Assembly (NCBI GenBank): GCA_963666345.1
Contig: OY762721.1
Span: 160,001 to 224,000, forward strand
Length of the DNA: 64,000 nucleotides
Source of the DNA: Desulfatiglandales bacterium
GTDB lineage: Bacteria > Desulfobacterota > DSM-4660 > Desulfatiglandales > Desulfatiglandaceae
Direction of reading: 5' to 3'
Shown here: positions 15,411-25,140 of the stretch, piece after piece
Numbering within the stretch: position 1 is the stretch's first letter
Layout of the letters: the number at the start of each line of letters is the position of its first letter
Made by a program: the position numbers and the translations under genes
The notes under the pieces: generated by a model
Databases searched by the model: none
What the model saw: the letters and a program-made list of their open reading frames with translations, nothing else
Told to the model about the DNA's origin: nothing

Positions 15411-18020
15411 ATGGCAAAAATCAGTAAGATACAGGTTTCATCAGGTCTATACTGGGTGCAAGTGCCTGAGGCCGGCCTATATATTATGTGCGGCTGCCCG
15501 GCAGACAGCGTAAAACACCTAAAGAAAATGGGGCTTATCGTTGCCTCTGAAAAGCATGGAACCTCCTTTGAGACAGGCCCCAACGCCATTTTGCTTTCAG
15601 ACATACTGGTACAAAAAGAATGTTTTTCAAACCTGGCCGAATTCCCCGTACTTCAAATGCTTTACAAGCAGGGGATGATCCTGCCGGGGCATCCCAATAA
15701 TACAGGGGTAAGACCTATTCTCATAGGTTCCCAAGAGCAGGTAGCCTCACAGATGCAATATATTTACCGTGGCAATTACGGCCTGATCTCAAAAAAAGAA
15801 ATAATGGAAACCGGTATATCTGAAGAAACCGCAAACGATCTGATGCGGCTCAAATTGAAATTTGCCTTTGGAAACATACGTCACACAGAGGATCTGCTCG
15901 ACTCAAAGATCGTAAAAAAAGAGCCGGTTGAAATAAGAAATGGCCTTTTTATTCGCAGACTCAAGCTGAATCTATTTGAATTGACATATAATGGTGAATC
16001 CGTCACAGTCGACTTGAATCTGGGTCAAAATGAGTCATATGAGACACCTTATCCACTTGGATTTCACAATATAAGAAGGGAATATTTCGCAGTCGTTCAT
16101 GCCGGAGAAGGCGACGGATGGAACGTAAATCACCCCTGTATGTCAAGCATACTAATGTTTCAGGGTAAAATATACCTGATCGATGCAGGCCCTAATATTC
16201 ACCATAGCCTCAAATCACTAGGTATAGGGATAAATGAAATCGAGGGAATATTCCACACCCATGCACACGACGATCACTTCGCGGGTCTTACGACCCTTAT
16301 GAGATCGGGCCGTAAAATAAAATATTACAGCGTCCCGCTGGTGCGCTCTTCCGTGATAAAAAAACTTTCAGCCCTGGCAGCCATAGGGGAGAAAGATTTT
16401 TCAAGATATTTCAATATATATGACCTTGAACTGAACAGATGGAACGATATCAGCGGCCTTCAGGTGAAACCGCTCCTTTCCCCTCACCCGGTTGAGACGA
16501 CAATCTACACATTTCGCACACTGAGCGAAAAAGGATATATATCTTATTCACACTATGCGGATATAACCTCCTTTGGCATCTTGAAAGAGATGCTGACGAA
16601 CGACACATCCGAACCGGGGATATCGAAATCCTTTTACGAAGAGGTGCGAAGGCAATACCTCGCAGGTGCGAATCTCAAAAAGCTGGACGCAGGCGGAGGC
16701 CTGATACATGGAAACGCCATTGATTTTAAACATGACACCTCTTCCAAGATACTCCTGTCCCACAAGTCCTCAGAACTGAATGTAACAGAAAAGGAGATAG
16801 GGTCAGGTGCGCCTTTCGGTATGGTTGATGTACTTATCCCCTCAAACCAGGACTACCTCTATCAGTATGCATTCAGGATCCTTAGCACGCATTTCCCCGG
16901 CATATCCCACGACAGGATAAACATACTTTTAAACAATGAGGTGAAGACATTCAATCCCGAATCAATACTTGTAAGGAAAGACGAGATAAACAGTCATATA
17001 TACCTGATACTTACCGGAGACGTAGAGGTTATCCGGTCTGAATCTGGCACCTGCAATCTGCTGTCCGCCGGTGGGTATGCAGGAGCCGACTCAGGTCTTA
17101 ATAGCTTTCCCTCAAGGTATACATATCGGGCCGCCAATTTTGTCCAGGTTCTGAAACTGCCCGCCGCTCTTTGCATCGATATAATCAAGGAAGAAGGGGC
17201 GTTCGAGAATATTTCCAGACTGCTGGGGATTAACAGCTTTCTTCTAAACACATGGCTGCTTGGCGAGGAGGTCCCCTTTTTGACCCAGATGAAGATAGCC
17301 GCCAGCATGAAATTAAAGACCTTCAAGTCGGGTGAGAAGATACCCGCGAACTGCGGGCCATGCATCAAGCTTGTAAAAGAGGGCAAACTGAATATCTACC
17401 TTGAGAGCAACCTTTTTCAGACGCTGGGTCCAGGCGGTTTTTTCGGTGAGGCAGAGGTGCTTTTCGGAACTGCCGACAGTTTCAGCCTTAAGGCGGTTGA
17501 ACCCACTTCTATTTATTTCATACCGAAAGACTTACTTATCAATATACCGATAGTGCAGTGCAAGCTTTTTGAAACCCATGAAAAAAGAAAGATAATGATC
17601 GCAACCCCGGAACTTATGACCATGCTTCTCTTTGAATGGAAGAAGGAGTATGAAACCGGGCTTACGGAAATTGACAGCGACCATAAATGGCTCCTTGAAC
17701 TTGCTGAAACCCTCTGTGCAAAAAATGCCATCGGCGAGTCAAAGTCGGTAGTAAAGGAGCATTTGAGGCTTCTGATAGACAATACCAAGGCCCATTTCAA
17801 AAGGGAAGAGGCCCTTATGCGCAAGCATGGATACCCCCCTTACAGCGACCATGTGGAAAAACATGAAAGACTGATAAAGGAAGCCGGAAATCTGGATAAG
17901 GAACTGGATACCGGTGAAATTCAGATGAACAAACGTTTTATCGGTTTTATTAAGAAGTGGGTCGTAAGCCACATAATCTACGAAGACATCAAGATAGGCG
18001 CCCATATAAGAGGCGAGTAA
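15411..18020 (+). CDS. MBL-fold hydrolase + two cNMP-binding domains + C-terminal bacteriohemerythrin
   Basis: MBL HTHAHDDH. cNMP-like YLILTGDVEV and GGFFGE. Hemerythrin DSDH, HFKREE, H...H and HIIYED. Start at ATG 15411 after GAGG (track start 15381). Confidence 0.85.
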   Translation: MAKISKIQVSSGLYWVQVPEAGLYIMCGCPADSVKHLKKMGLIVASEKHGTSFETGPNAILLSDILVQKECFSNLAEFPVLQMLYKQGMILPGHPNNTGVRPILIGSQEQVASQMQYIYRGNYGLISKKEIMETGISEETANDLMRLKLKFAFGNIRHTEDLLDSKIVKKEPVEIRNGLFIRRLKLNLFELTYNGESVTVDLNLGQNESYETPYPLGFHNIRREYFAVVHAGEGDGWNVNHPCMSSILMFQGKIYLIDAGPNIHHSLKSLGIGINEIEGIFHTHAHDDHFAGLTTLMRSGRKIKYYSVPLVRSSVIKKLSALAAIGEKDFSRYFNIYDLELNRWNDISGLQVKPLLSPHPVETTIYTFRTLSEKGYISYSHYADITSFGILKEMLTNDTSEPGISKSFYEEVRRQYLAGANLKKLDAGGGLIHGNAIDFKHDTSSKILLSHKSSELNVTEKEIGSGAPFGMVDVLIPSNQDYLYQYAFRILSTHFPGISHDRINILLNNEVKTFNPESILVRKDEINSHIYLILTGDVEVIRSESGTCNLLSAGGYAGADSGLNSFPSRYTYRAANFVQVLKLPAALCIDIIKEEGAFENISRLLGINSFLLNTWLLGEEVPFLTQMKIAASMKLKTFKSGEKIPANCGPCIKLVKEGKLNIYLESNLFQTLGPGGFFGEAEVLFGTADSFSLKAVEPTSIYFIPKDLLINIPIVQCKLFETHEKRKIMIATPELMTMLLFEWKKEYETGLTEIDSDHKWLLELAETLCAKNAIGESKSVVKEHLRLLIDNTKAHFKREEALMRKHGYPPYSDHVEKHERLIKEAGNLDKELDTGEIQMNKRFIGFIKKWVVSHIIYEDIKIGAHIRGE

Positions 18021-18037
18021 AACCTTTCAGATAATTT

Positions 18038-18526
18038 CTATTCAGGTTCTCTGTATAGCCCCAGGATACCTGACCTTGCGAGTTTTTTTATACCCATAGG
18101 CTCAAGCAGTCTTATGAGCGCTTCAATTTTTTCAGGGCCTCCGGTTGCCTCTATTATGTAATGGCTGGCACCTGTGTCAACAACCTGACACCTGAAGGTG
18201 TCAACTATCCTCATTATCTCCTGCCTGTTATTCACGCTGGCCTTGACGCATATAAGGGCCATTTCACGCCTAACAGCCCTTTCAATCGTCATGTCCCTTA
18301 CTTTTATGACGTTTATCAGTCTTCTCAAATATTTAAAGATATGCTCCAGATGTTCATCGTCTGTCCTTGTCGTTATGGTTATCCGTGACATCTTGGGATT
18401 TGCCGTGGGAGCACCGCATATTGTCTCAATGTTGTAGCCGCGACCTGCAAATAGGCCGGAGACCCTGGCAGTCACACCCGGTTCATTTTCAACCAGCATC
18501 GTTATTATATGTCTTTCCTGTTTCAT
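18038..18526 (-). CDS. ilvN: Acetolactate synthase small (regulatory) subunit
   Basis: LVENEPGVTARVSGLFAGRGYNIE ACT domain; REMALICV...ARSG. Confidence 0.9.
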   Translation of the reverse strand: MKQERHIITMLVENEPGVTARVSGLFAGRGYNIETICGAPTANPKMSRITITTRTDDEHLEHIFKYLRRLINVIKVRDMTIERAVRREMALICVKASVNNRQEIMRIVDTFRCQVVDTGASHYIIEATGGPEKIEALIRLLEPMGIKKLARSGILGLYREPE

Positions 18527-18716
18527 AACCCCTTCTCAAAAACAAAAATTACCATATACCTTAGCCCTTTATTTATCCCTAGGGCAAGCTTTTTTCATTG
18601 GCCGGCACACCTTCCCCGCTTTTATTGCAGAGAAGGGCCTTGTAATCAAAATTAAAGTGGTTAAATTTTACGTTTCGTTTAATCTATAAATATTTTGACT
18701 TTGGAGACACCTAAAC

Positions 18717-20564
18717 ATGTCGCAAAACATGAAAAACGACAGACTGAGAAACATCGCCATAATCGCCCATGTGGATCATGGTAAAACAACACTTGTAGAC
18801 TCCATGTTCCGCCAAAGTGGCATGTTCAGGGAAAATCAGCAGGTTGACGAACGACTTATGGATACCATGGACCTTGAAAAGGAACGAGGCATCACAATAG
18901 CGGCAAAAAACTGTTCAGTCGTCTGGAAGGGCGTCAGAATCAACATTATCGATACCCCGGGTCATGCCGATTTCGGCGGAGAGGTCGAACGGGCGCTCTC
19001 CATGGCTGACGGTGCGATACTGCTTGTCGATGCATCTGAAGGCCCCCTGCCCCAGACCCGTTTCGTCCTGAAAAAGGCCCTTGAGGCTCACCTTAAAATC
19101 ATTGTCGTCATCAACAAGGTAGACCGTCAGGACGCACGACCCGACGAGGTTCTTGATGAGATATACGACCTTCTCATAGACCTGGATGCAAATGATGAGC
19201 AACTTGAATTTCCCCTGCTCTACGCAGTGGGCAGGCAGGGCATAGCCATGAAAAACCCTGAAGAAAAAGGCGAAAATATCCATATTCTCATGGACACAAT
19301 TATTGAAGAAATCCCGGGGCCTTCCCACGACCTGAAAGCGCCATTCCAAATGCTGGTATCAGATCTGGGCTATTCAGATTACATGGGCAGGCTTGCTATT
19401 GGAAAGGTCTTTAACGGAATCGCACGTTCAAGAGACAGCCTTGTATGCATAGATGAAACCGGCAAGAGTATCCCCTTGAAGATATCCAAGCTTCAGGTAT
19501 ATGAGGGCATAAAATTAAATGACGTAGATGAAGTGAAATCAGGGGATATAGCGGTTATTGCAGGCATTGAAAAGGTCAAGATAGGCGATACCATCTGTAA
19601 CCTTCAGAACCCGCATGCTCTTCCCCGTATACGAGTTGATGAGCCAACCGTATCGATAAAATTCACGGTCAATGACTCTCCCTTCGGGGGCAAGGAAGGA
19701 CGCTATGTACAGTCCAGCCGCATCCGGGAACGCCTCCTGAAGGAGACGCTTCTCAACGTCGCCATCCAGGTGGAAGAGGCAGAAGACCGTGAGAGTATGA
19801 TGGTCAAAGGAAGGGGAGAATTCCAACTTGCGATCCTCATTGAAACAATGCGCAGGGAGGGATATGAATTCTGCGTCGGACGGCCGAAGGTAATCTACAC
19901 TTACAAAGACGGCAAAAAGCTTGAGCCGATGGAACGACTCCTGGTAGACTGCGAAGAAGGCTTTCTGGGTGTGGTTACCGAAAAGCTTTCTCTTCGAAAG
20001 GGAAAGATGACAAACATGGTCAACAATGGAAACGGGAGGGTAAGGATCGAGTACTCCCTTCCCAGCCGTACCTTGATCGGCTACAGGGATGAATTTCTGA
20101 CCGACACCAGGGGCACAGGCATAATGCACTCTCTATTTGACGGCTACGGCGAATTCCGTGGAGAGTGTCTCAGTCGGTTTACCGGCTCAATAGTGTCAGA
20201 TCGCAGCGGAAATGCCGTTGCCTATGCCCTTTCCAACCTCGAGCCGAGGGGGCGTCTGTTTTTACAGCCGTGCGATCCGGTCTATGAAGGAATGATTGTA
20301 GGTGAGCACAACCGTGGCCAGGATATCAACGTGAATCCCTGCAAGGAAAAGAAGCTGACCAATATGCGGGCCGCAGGAAAGGATGACAATGTGATCCTTT
20401 CCCCGATAAAACCGATGACCTTGGAGCAGATCATTAGTTTTATCCGTGAGGACGAAATGGTTGAGGTTACGCCTCTTTCACTTCGAATGAGAAAGACGGT
20501 GCTTACCGCACAGCAGCGTCGAATAATGCGCCCCTCCAGGATAAACAGTCAGCAAGCCGCATAG
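18717..20564 (+). CDS. typA: Translational GTPase TypA/BipA
   Basis: AHVDHGKTT, ERGITI, DTPGHADFGGEVER, GRGEFQLAILIETMRREG and KKLTNMRA. Confidence 0.96.
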   Translation: MSQNMKNDRLRNIAIIAHVDHGKTTLVDSMFRQSGMFRENQQVDERLMDTMDLEKERGITIAAKNCSVVWKGVRINIIDTPGHADFGGEVERALSMADGAILLVDASEGPLPQTRFVLKKALEAHLKIIVVINKVDRQDARPDEVLDEIYDLLIDLDANDEQLEFPLLYAVGRQGIAMKNPEEKGENIHILMDTIIEEIPGPSHDLKAPFQMLVSDLGYSDYMGRLAIGKVFNGIARSRDSLVCIDETGKSIPLKISKLQVYEGIKLNDVDEVKSGDIAVIAGIEKVKIGDTICNLQNPHALPRIRVDEPTVSIKFTVNDSPFGGKEGRYVQSSRIRERLLKETLLNVAIQVEEAEDRESMMVKGRGEFQLAILIETMRREGYEFCVGRPKVIYTYKDGKKLEPMERLLVDCEEGFLGVVTEKLSLRKGKMTNMVNNGNGRVRIEYSLPSRTLIGYRDEFLTDTRGTGIMHSLFDGYGEFRGECLSRFTGSIVSDRSGNAVAYALSNLEPRGRLFLQPCDPVYEGMIVGEHNRGQDINVNPCKEKKLTNMRAAGKDDNVILSPIKPMTLEQIISFIREDEMVEVTPLSLRMRKTVLTAQQRRIMRPSRINSQQAA

Positions 20565-20641
20565 AGCGCACACGCCCCCAGTGTTAAGCCATCCAAGGGA
20601 CCGGGGTGATTTCCGTCCTCATCAAAGGGGAATCAGACGGC

Positions 20642-21874
20642 ATGGAGGATAAAAAAGAACAGGGTTCTTTTCCTGCCCTTCATTCATTTAAATACAGGGA
20701 TTTTAGGTGGCTCTGGATAGGCACCTTTTTCTCATTCGCAGCGGTAAATATGCAGCAGATCACAAGGGGCTGGCTCATACTAAGGCTGACCGATGACTCA
20801 CCTCTTGCACTTTCATTGGTAATGATGTCTTTCGCACTCCCGCTCACTTTTGCCTCGCTCATAGGTGGAGCGATGGCGGACAGGGTCGCCAGGCAGAAGA
20901 TGATAATCATCTGCCAGAGCGGTAACGCATTTATGACCCTTCTGCTTGCGATCCTTGACATTACAGGTCTGGTCCGTTTCTGGCACCTCATGGTCCTCGG
21001 ATTCATCAACGGAACCCTTGCCGCCTTTAACATGCCAAGTAGACAATCGATCGTATCAGACATAGTCTCCCAAAAAGAACTTATGAATGCCATCTCCTTA
21101 AACAGTGCCGGGATGAACCTCACGCGTATAGTTGGACCGGCTCTGGCCGGGTTTCTGATCATCTATTTTGATACAGGGCTCGTTTTCCTGATGATCGCCT
21201 GTGTGCATGCCGTTTCTGTAGTCTGCACCTCCTTTATTGCCACCGGCAAGAAAAGTACGTCCGATCCAGGACAAGGGGTGTTTTCCGACATCCTGCTGGG
21301 TTTCCGATATGCCAGGGGAAACAGTACACTTTTTTGCCTCGTAATAATGTGCTTTGTGCCTGCGCTCTTCGGTTTTCCTTATATTGCACTCCTGCCCGCG
21401 TGGGCAAAAGAGGTACTTGACGTAAAGGCCGACGGTCTGGGATTTCTAATGATGTTTATGGGATTGGGCTCCCTTACCGGGACCCTGGTGCTGGCATCAA
21501 TAAGGCATATGAAAAAAAGGGGCACGGTCCTGCTGGCCAACAGTCTGGGATGGGGAATTTCGCTTTTCGTCTTTTCACAGAGTCTCTCATATTCTACCGC
21601 CTTTGCCGCACTTTTCCTTGTAGGCCTTATAAGCGCGGTGTTCATGTCGCTCAACATGACCTTGATGCAGTCATATTCATCCAACGAAATGAGAGGCAGG
21701 ATCGTGAGCATGGCCATGATGACCTTCGGCATAATGCCTCTTAGCGCAGTCCCCTTCGGGGCTGTCGCTGAAAAAATAGGGACGGCCAATTCCCTCGGCA
21801 TCGCGGGCGTGCTTTTGCTCCTTTTTACAATAACATTTATCTTTCTGTTTCCCCGATTCCGAAAGATCTCCTGA
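20642..21874 (+). CDS. MFS transporter (MFS_3/H+ antiporter-like)
   Basis: About 12 hydrophobic segments, GGAMADR, NAISLNS and MRGRIVS. Alternative GTG start at 20606. Confidence 0.88.
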   Translation: MEDKKEQGSFPALHSFKYRDFRWLWIGTFFSFAAVNMQQITRGWLILRLTDDSPLALSLVMMSFALPLTFASLIGGAMADRVARQKMIIICQSGNAFMTLLLAILDITGLVRFWHLMVLGFINGTLAAFNMPSRQSIVSDIVSQKELMNAISLNSAGMNLTRIVGPALAGFLIIYFDTGLVFLMIACVHAVSVVCTSFIATGKKSTSDPGQGVFSDILLGFRYARGNSTLFCLVIMCFVPALFGFPYIALLPAWAKEVLDVKADGLGFLMMFMGLGSLTGTLVLASIRHMKKRGTVLLANSLGWGISLFVFSQSLSYSTAFAALFLVGLISAVFMSLNMTLMQSYSSNEMRGRIVSMAMMTFGIMPLSAVPFGAVAEKIGTANSLGIAGVLLLLFTITFIFLFPRFRKIS

Positions 21875-21878
21875 CAGG

Positions 21879-23051
21879 GTGAATCCTCAACAGATGCCAG
21901 ACAACAGAGAAAAGCTTTACACAAGGCAATTCATCCTGATGGCCCTCTCAAATTTCTTTGTGATAACAAGCTACGGGACATTTTATATGTTCCCCTTGTT
22001 TATAAACTCCCATGGCGGTTCAAAAACGGACATAGGTATAATTATGGGAGTCGCAGCCCTTTCCTCCGTGCTTTTCCGTCCCTGCGTATCCCGGCTAATA
22101 GATATCGTGGGAAGGAGAAAAGGCTACACTATTGCCTGCCTCGGCATGGCTGCCTTTGGACTTTCCTATGTCCTTTTTGATGGAGACCTGAGGGAATTCT
22201 ATATTCCGCTTCTATTCGTGAGGGTTTTTCACGGAATCGTGGTGGCCCTTTACTTCACATCCGGCTATACTTACGTGGCGGATATCATACCCTCGTCGCG
22301 CTTAACCGAAGGTGTCGGCATGTTTGGTGCGACAGGGCTTACCGGAATGGCCATTGGTCCCGTAATTGCCGAAGCGGTTATCAAGTCCGCCGGTTTCCCG
22401 ACCCTTTTTGTAACTTCCGCCCTGATAGCAGTTACAGGAACATTGACGCACCTCCCACTCCCGGAATCATACGTTGCATCCGGAAGAGAGAACGGCACCC
22501 AGTTTTTCTCCCTTCTTTCAAAGAAAAAGACAAGAACGGTTGCCGCTCTTTCCATGCTTTTCGGCCTGAGCCTGGCAGCATCCACGAACTTCGTGGCACC
22601 CTTTGCCGAGGAAATGAACCTTCCGCTCATATCCCTTTACTTTATATCCTATTCAGCATCCGCGGTTATCATAAGGGTTTTCGGCGGAACACTCGCGGAT
22701 AGATTCGGGGAAATCAAGGTCCTCCCCTATTCCCTTGTTTTCACGGCTTCAGGCTTTTTCAGTCTCATACTGCTTCAGGGCAATTGCGCACTCCTGATGG
22801 CGGGATTACTTGTGGGTTGCGGCACAGGGCTCCTTTTCCCCTGCCTTAACGGACTGGCGGTCCGTCATGAGCCCATTCAAGACAGGAGCAAGGCAACGGC
22901 CATTTTTACCGGCGCGATTGATTCGGGACTGTTTCTGGGCTCCATAACACTGGGGGTAATCGGGGAATGGGGAGGTTATAAGATGCTCTTCCTAGTAGCA
23001 GGCCTTGGGATACTTTCAGGCCTCTGCACCAGGCGTAATGTAAAAGGCTAG
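21879..23051 (+). CDS. MFS transporter
   Basis: About 12 TM segments; LIDIVGRR and GTLADRFG motif A repeats. Confidence 0.88.
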   Translation: MNPQQMPDNREKLYTRQFILMALSNFFVITSYGTFYMFPLFINSHGGSKTDIGIIMGVAALSSVLFRPCVSRLIDIVGRRKGYTIACLGMAAFGLSYVLFDGDLREFYIPLLFVRVFHGIVVALYFTSGYTYVADIIPSSRLTEGVGMFGATGLTGMAIGPVIAEAVIKSAGFPTLFVTSALIAVTGTLTHLPLPESYVASGRENGTQFFSLLSKKKTRTVAALSMLFGLSLAASTNFVAPFAEEMNLPLISLYFISYSASAVIIRVFGGTLADRFGEIKVLPYSLVFTASGFFSLILLQGNCALLMAGLLVGCGTGLLFPCLNGLAVRHEPIQDRSKATAIFTGAIDSGLFLGSITLGVIGEWGGYKMLFLVAGLGILSGLCTRRNVKG

Positions 23052-23473
23052 CAAGGCTCCACTGAGGGGAGATTTCGTGTCTTTTTTAAGGCGCTTCTGT
23101 GCCTTTTGTTATCAAGCCTCTTCCTTTTTGAGGAAGCCGGAGGCCTTGTCTGTTTCCTTTTTCTGGGCCTCTTAAGCGCCCTTTTCAAAAGCCCTGCGAG
23201 TCTTTCTCTTGCATCCTGCCTGTTTCTTTCCTGGCTTCTGAATCTCTTCGCCTCTATAAGTAAGACGCCATTGTCGGTGATTTTCTTTCCTGCCAGTCTT
23301 ATGAGCCTTTTCTTTACCTCTTCAGGGATAGAACCTGAGCTTTTCACGTCAAACCGGAGCTGAACCGCAGTAGCCACCTTGTTGACATTCTGCCCCCCTG
23401 GACCGGATGAATGAATAAAGGATTCATTAATTTCTTTTTCGTCAATTTTCACACCAGCTTCGATAATGATCAC
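23048..23473 (-). CDS. arfB: Alternative ribosome rescue peptidyl-tRNA hydrolase ArfB
   Basis: SSGPGGQNVNKVATAVQLRF, RSQERNR and basic C-tail. GTG start 23473 after GGAGG (track start 23530). Confidence 0.93.
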   Translation of the reverse strand: MIIIEAGVKIDEKEINESFIHSSGPGGQNVNKVATAVQLRFDVKSSGSIPEEVKKRLIRLAGKKITDNGVLLIEAKRFRSQERNRQDARERLAGLLKRALKRPRKRKQTRPPASSKRKRLDNKRHRSALKKTRNLPSVEPC

Positions 23474-23844
23474 GCAAAGATCCTCCATGCAACTCTGATT
23501 CATACGGAAAGAGTCAAATTTCAGCCACAACAGTTAAAAGCTCCCCGGCCAGGCCTGGAAACTCTTTTTTTGGTGACACGGTCAACGCTGAACAATCAAT
23601 TTATTATTATCCCTTGCGCTCAATCATGATTGACTTTTCGAAATGTTTATTCTAGAAAAATTATAAGTTTTTATATACTTGAAAATATTTTTTCATATTG
23701 CTGCTGATTTTTTTTCAAACGGAAGTCGAAATTCATTGTAATTATTTATAATATAGGTTTTATAGATCCACTGTGTCTTAATAGAAAACTGCCACCTTTC
23801 TATAACTGATAATCAAAACCAACCTTATAAGGAGGAAACAAAAA

Positions 23845-23985
23845 ATGGCTGCCTTTATAGAAGCGATATCATACAATAGCTGGGCGTATATGTTTTTAAT
23901 GGGGGGAATAATCGTTGCCATCTATGTGGTGCTTTTTTTAATAACCAAGAGATATATAAACATTCATAAACAAGACGAGGTCTAG
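23845..23985 (+). CDS. Small single-TM membrane protein, 46 aa (unannotated)
   Basis: AAGGAGG RBS, then MAAFIEAISYNSWAYMFLMGGIIVAIYVVLFLITKRYINIHKQDEV*. Below the ORF-track cutoff. Confidence 0.65.
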   Translation: MAAFIEAISYNSWAYMFLMGGIIVAIYVVLFLITKRYINIHKQDEV

Positions 23986-24167
23986 AAGGACACTGTTAAT
24001 GAAGCTTGCCCCGGTTTTCCAAAGACACGACTCAATATTTCAATATTTTTTTCAATCCATAGGCATTACCATAAAACCGGGGTGAGTTCTTTATCTCCAA
24101 GATATTAATTCGAATCAAAACCTTCCTGCTTTCAATTTCGGGCAATCAGGCGTAAAAGGAGATCAGA

Positions 24168-25118
24168 ATGGAGCGACTTATAAAGAATATAAGCATTCCT
24201 GTCGACGGATCCAAAAACTCCCTCAGATCCATTGACTATCTGGGCCTGATTTACAGCAGCAGTACGATGAATATTTCGGTAAACCTCATCTATATAATGC
24301 CGTCTCTGCCTTCACTAATTGAAAATGGGGGGAAGATTGACAAGAATACCTACGCTTCTGTTATTAAGGCAGAAAAAAAGATACTGGATCAGGCAACGGG
24401 GATGCTTGAAAACGCAAAAGAACTGTTGATCGAAAAGGGTTTTGATAATGAGACGATTAAAATTTCCTATAAAAAACAGCGCTCGGGAGTGGCCAAGGAT
24501 GTCTGCGAATGGGCTTCCGGTAAAAAAACCGATGCACTTCTTTTGACCAGAAGGGGCCGGGGTGAGACGGATCTGGAAGCACTTTTCATGGGAAGGGTTT
24601 CAAATAACATTGTAGAGGCTTGCAAAGAGTCCCCGGTCTGGATACTAGGAGGCCAGGCACCCTCCAACAAGGTTCTAATAGCACTAGACTGTTCCGAAAA
24701 TGCCCTCAGGGCGGTTGACCACGCGGCCTTTATGCTTTCCGACACGGATTGTCCCATTACAATCTTCCATGCGATAAGGGACCTCAAGAGGTTTATCCCA
24801 AATGAAATTGTCGATGACGCTCCTGAGCTTGAAGAGCTGTGGAATAGAAAAGAAGGGAAGATGTTTTCACCTTATCTGGAAAAGGCAATGTCCATGCTTG
24901 AAAATTCCGGAATCTCCAAGGACCGTGTAACGACCAAAATCGCTCATGGCACAAGAAGCCCTGCCGAGGATATCCTTAGAGAGGCAAGGGATAATGAGTA
25001 TGGAACGATTGTCCTGGGCAAACGTGGGAACTCCAAGGTAAAGGACTTTTTGTTCGGTTCTGTGACAAGGAAGCTTCTGTATAAAGCGGTAGGCCGCTGC
25101 CTCTGGATAGTGCAATAA
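24168..25118 (+). CDS. Universal stress protein, tandem Usp domains
   Basis: IPVDGSKNS...RRG...MGRVS and IALDCSEN...VLGKRG...FGSVT. AGGAG RBS. Confidence 0.9.
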   Translation: MERLIKNISIPVDGSKNSLRSIDYLGLIYSSSTMNISVNLIYIMPSLPSLIENGGKIDKNTYASVIKAEKKILDQATGMLENAKELLIEKGFDNETIKISYKKQRSGVAKDVCEWASGKKTDALLLTRRGRGETDLEALFMGRVSNNIVEACKESPVWILGGQAPSNKVLIALDCSENALRAVDHAAFMLSDTDCPITIFHAIRDLKRFIPNEIVDDAPELEELWNRKEGKMFSPYLEKAMSMLENSGISKDRVTTKIAHGTRSPAEDILREARDNEYGTIVLGKRGNSKVKDFLFGSVTRKLLYKAVGRCLWIVQ

Positions 25119-25140
25119 GGAATAGAACCCGTCATATTGC

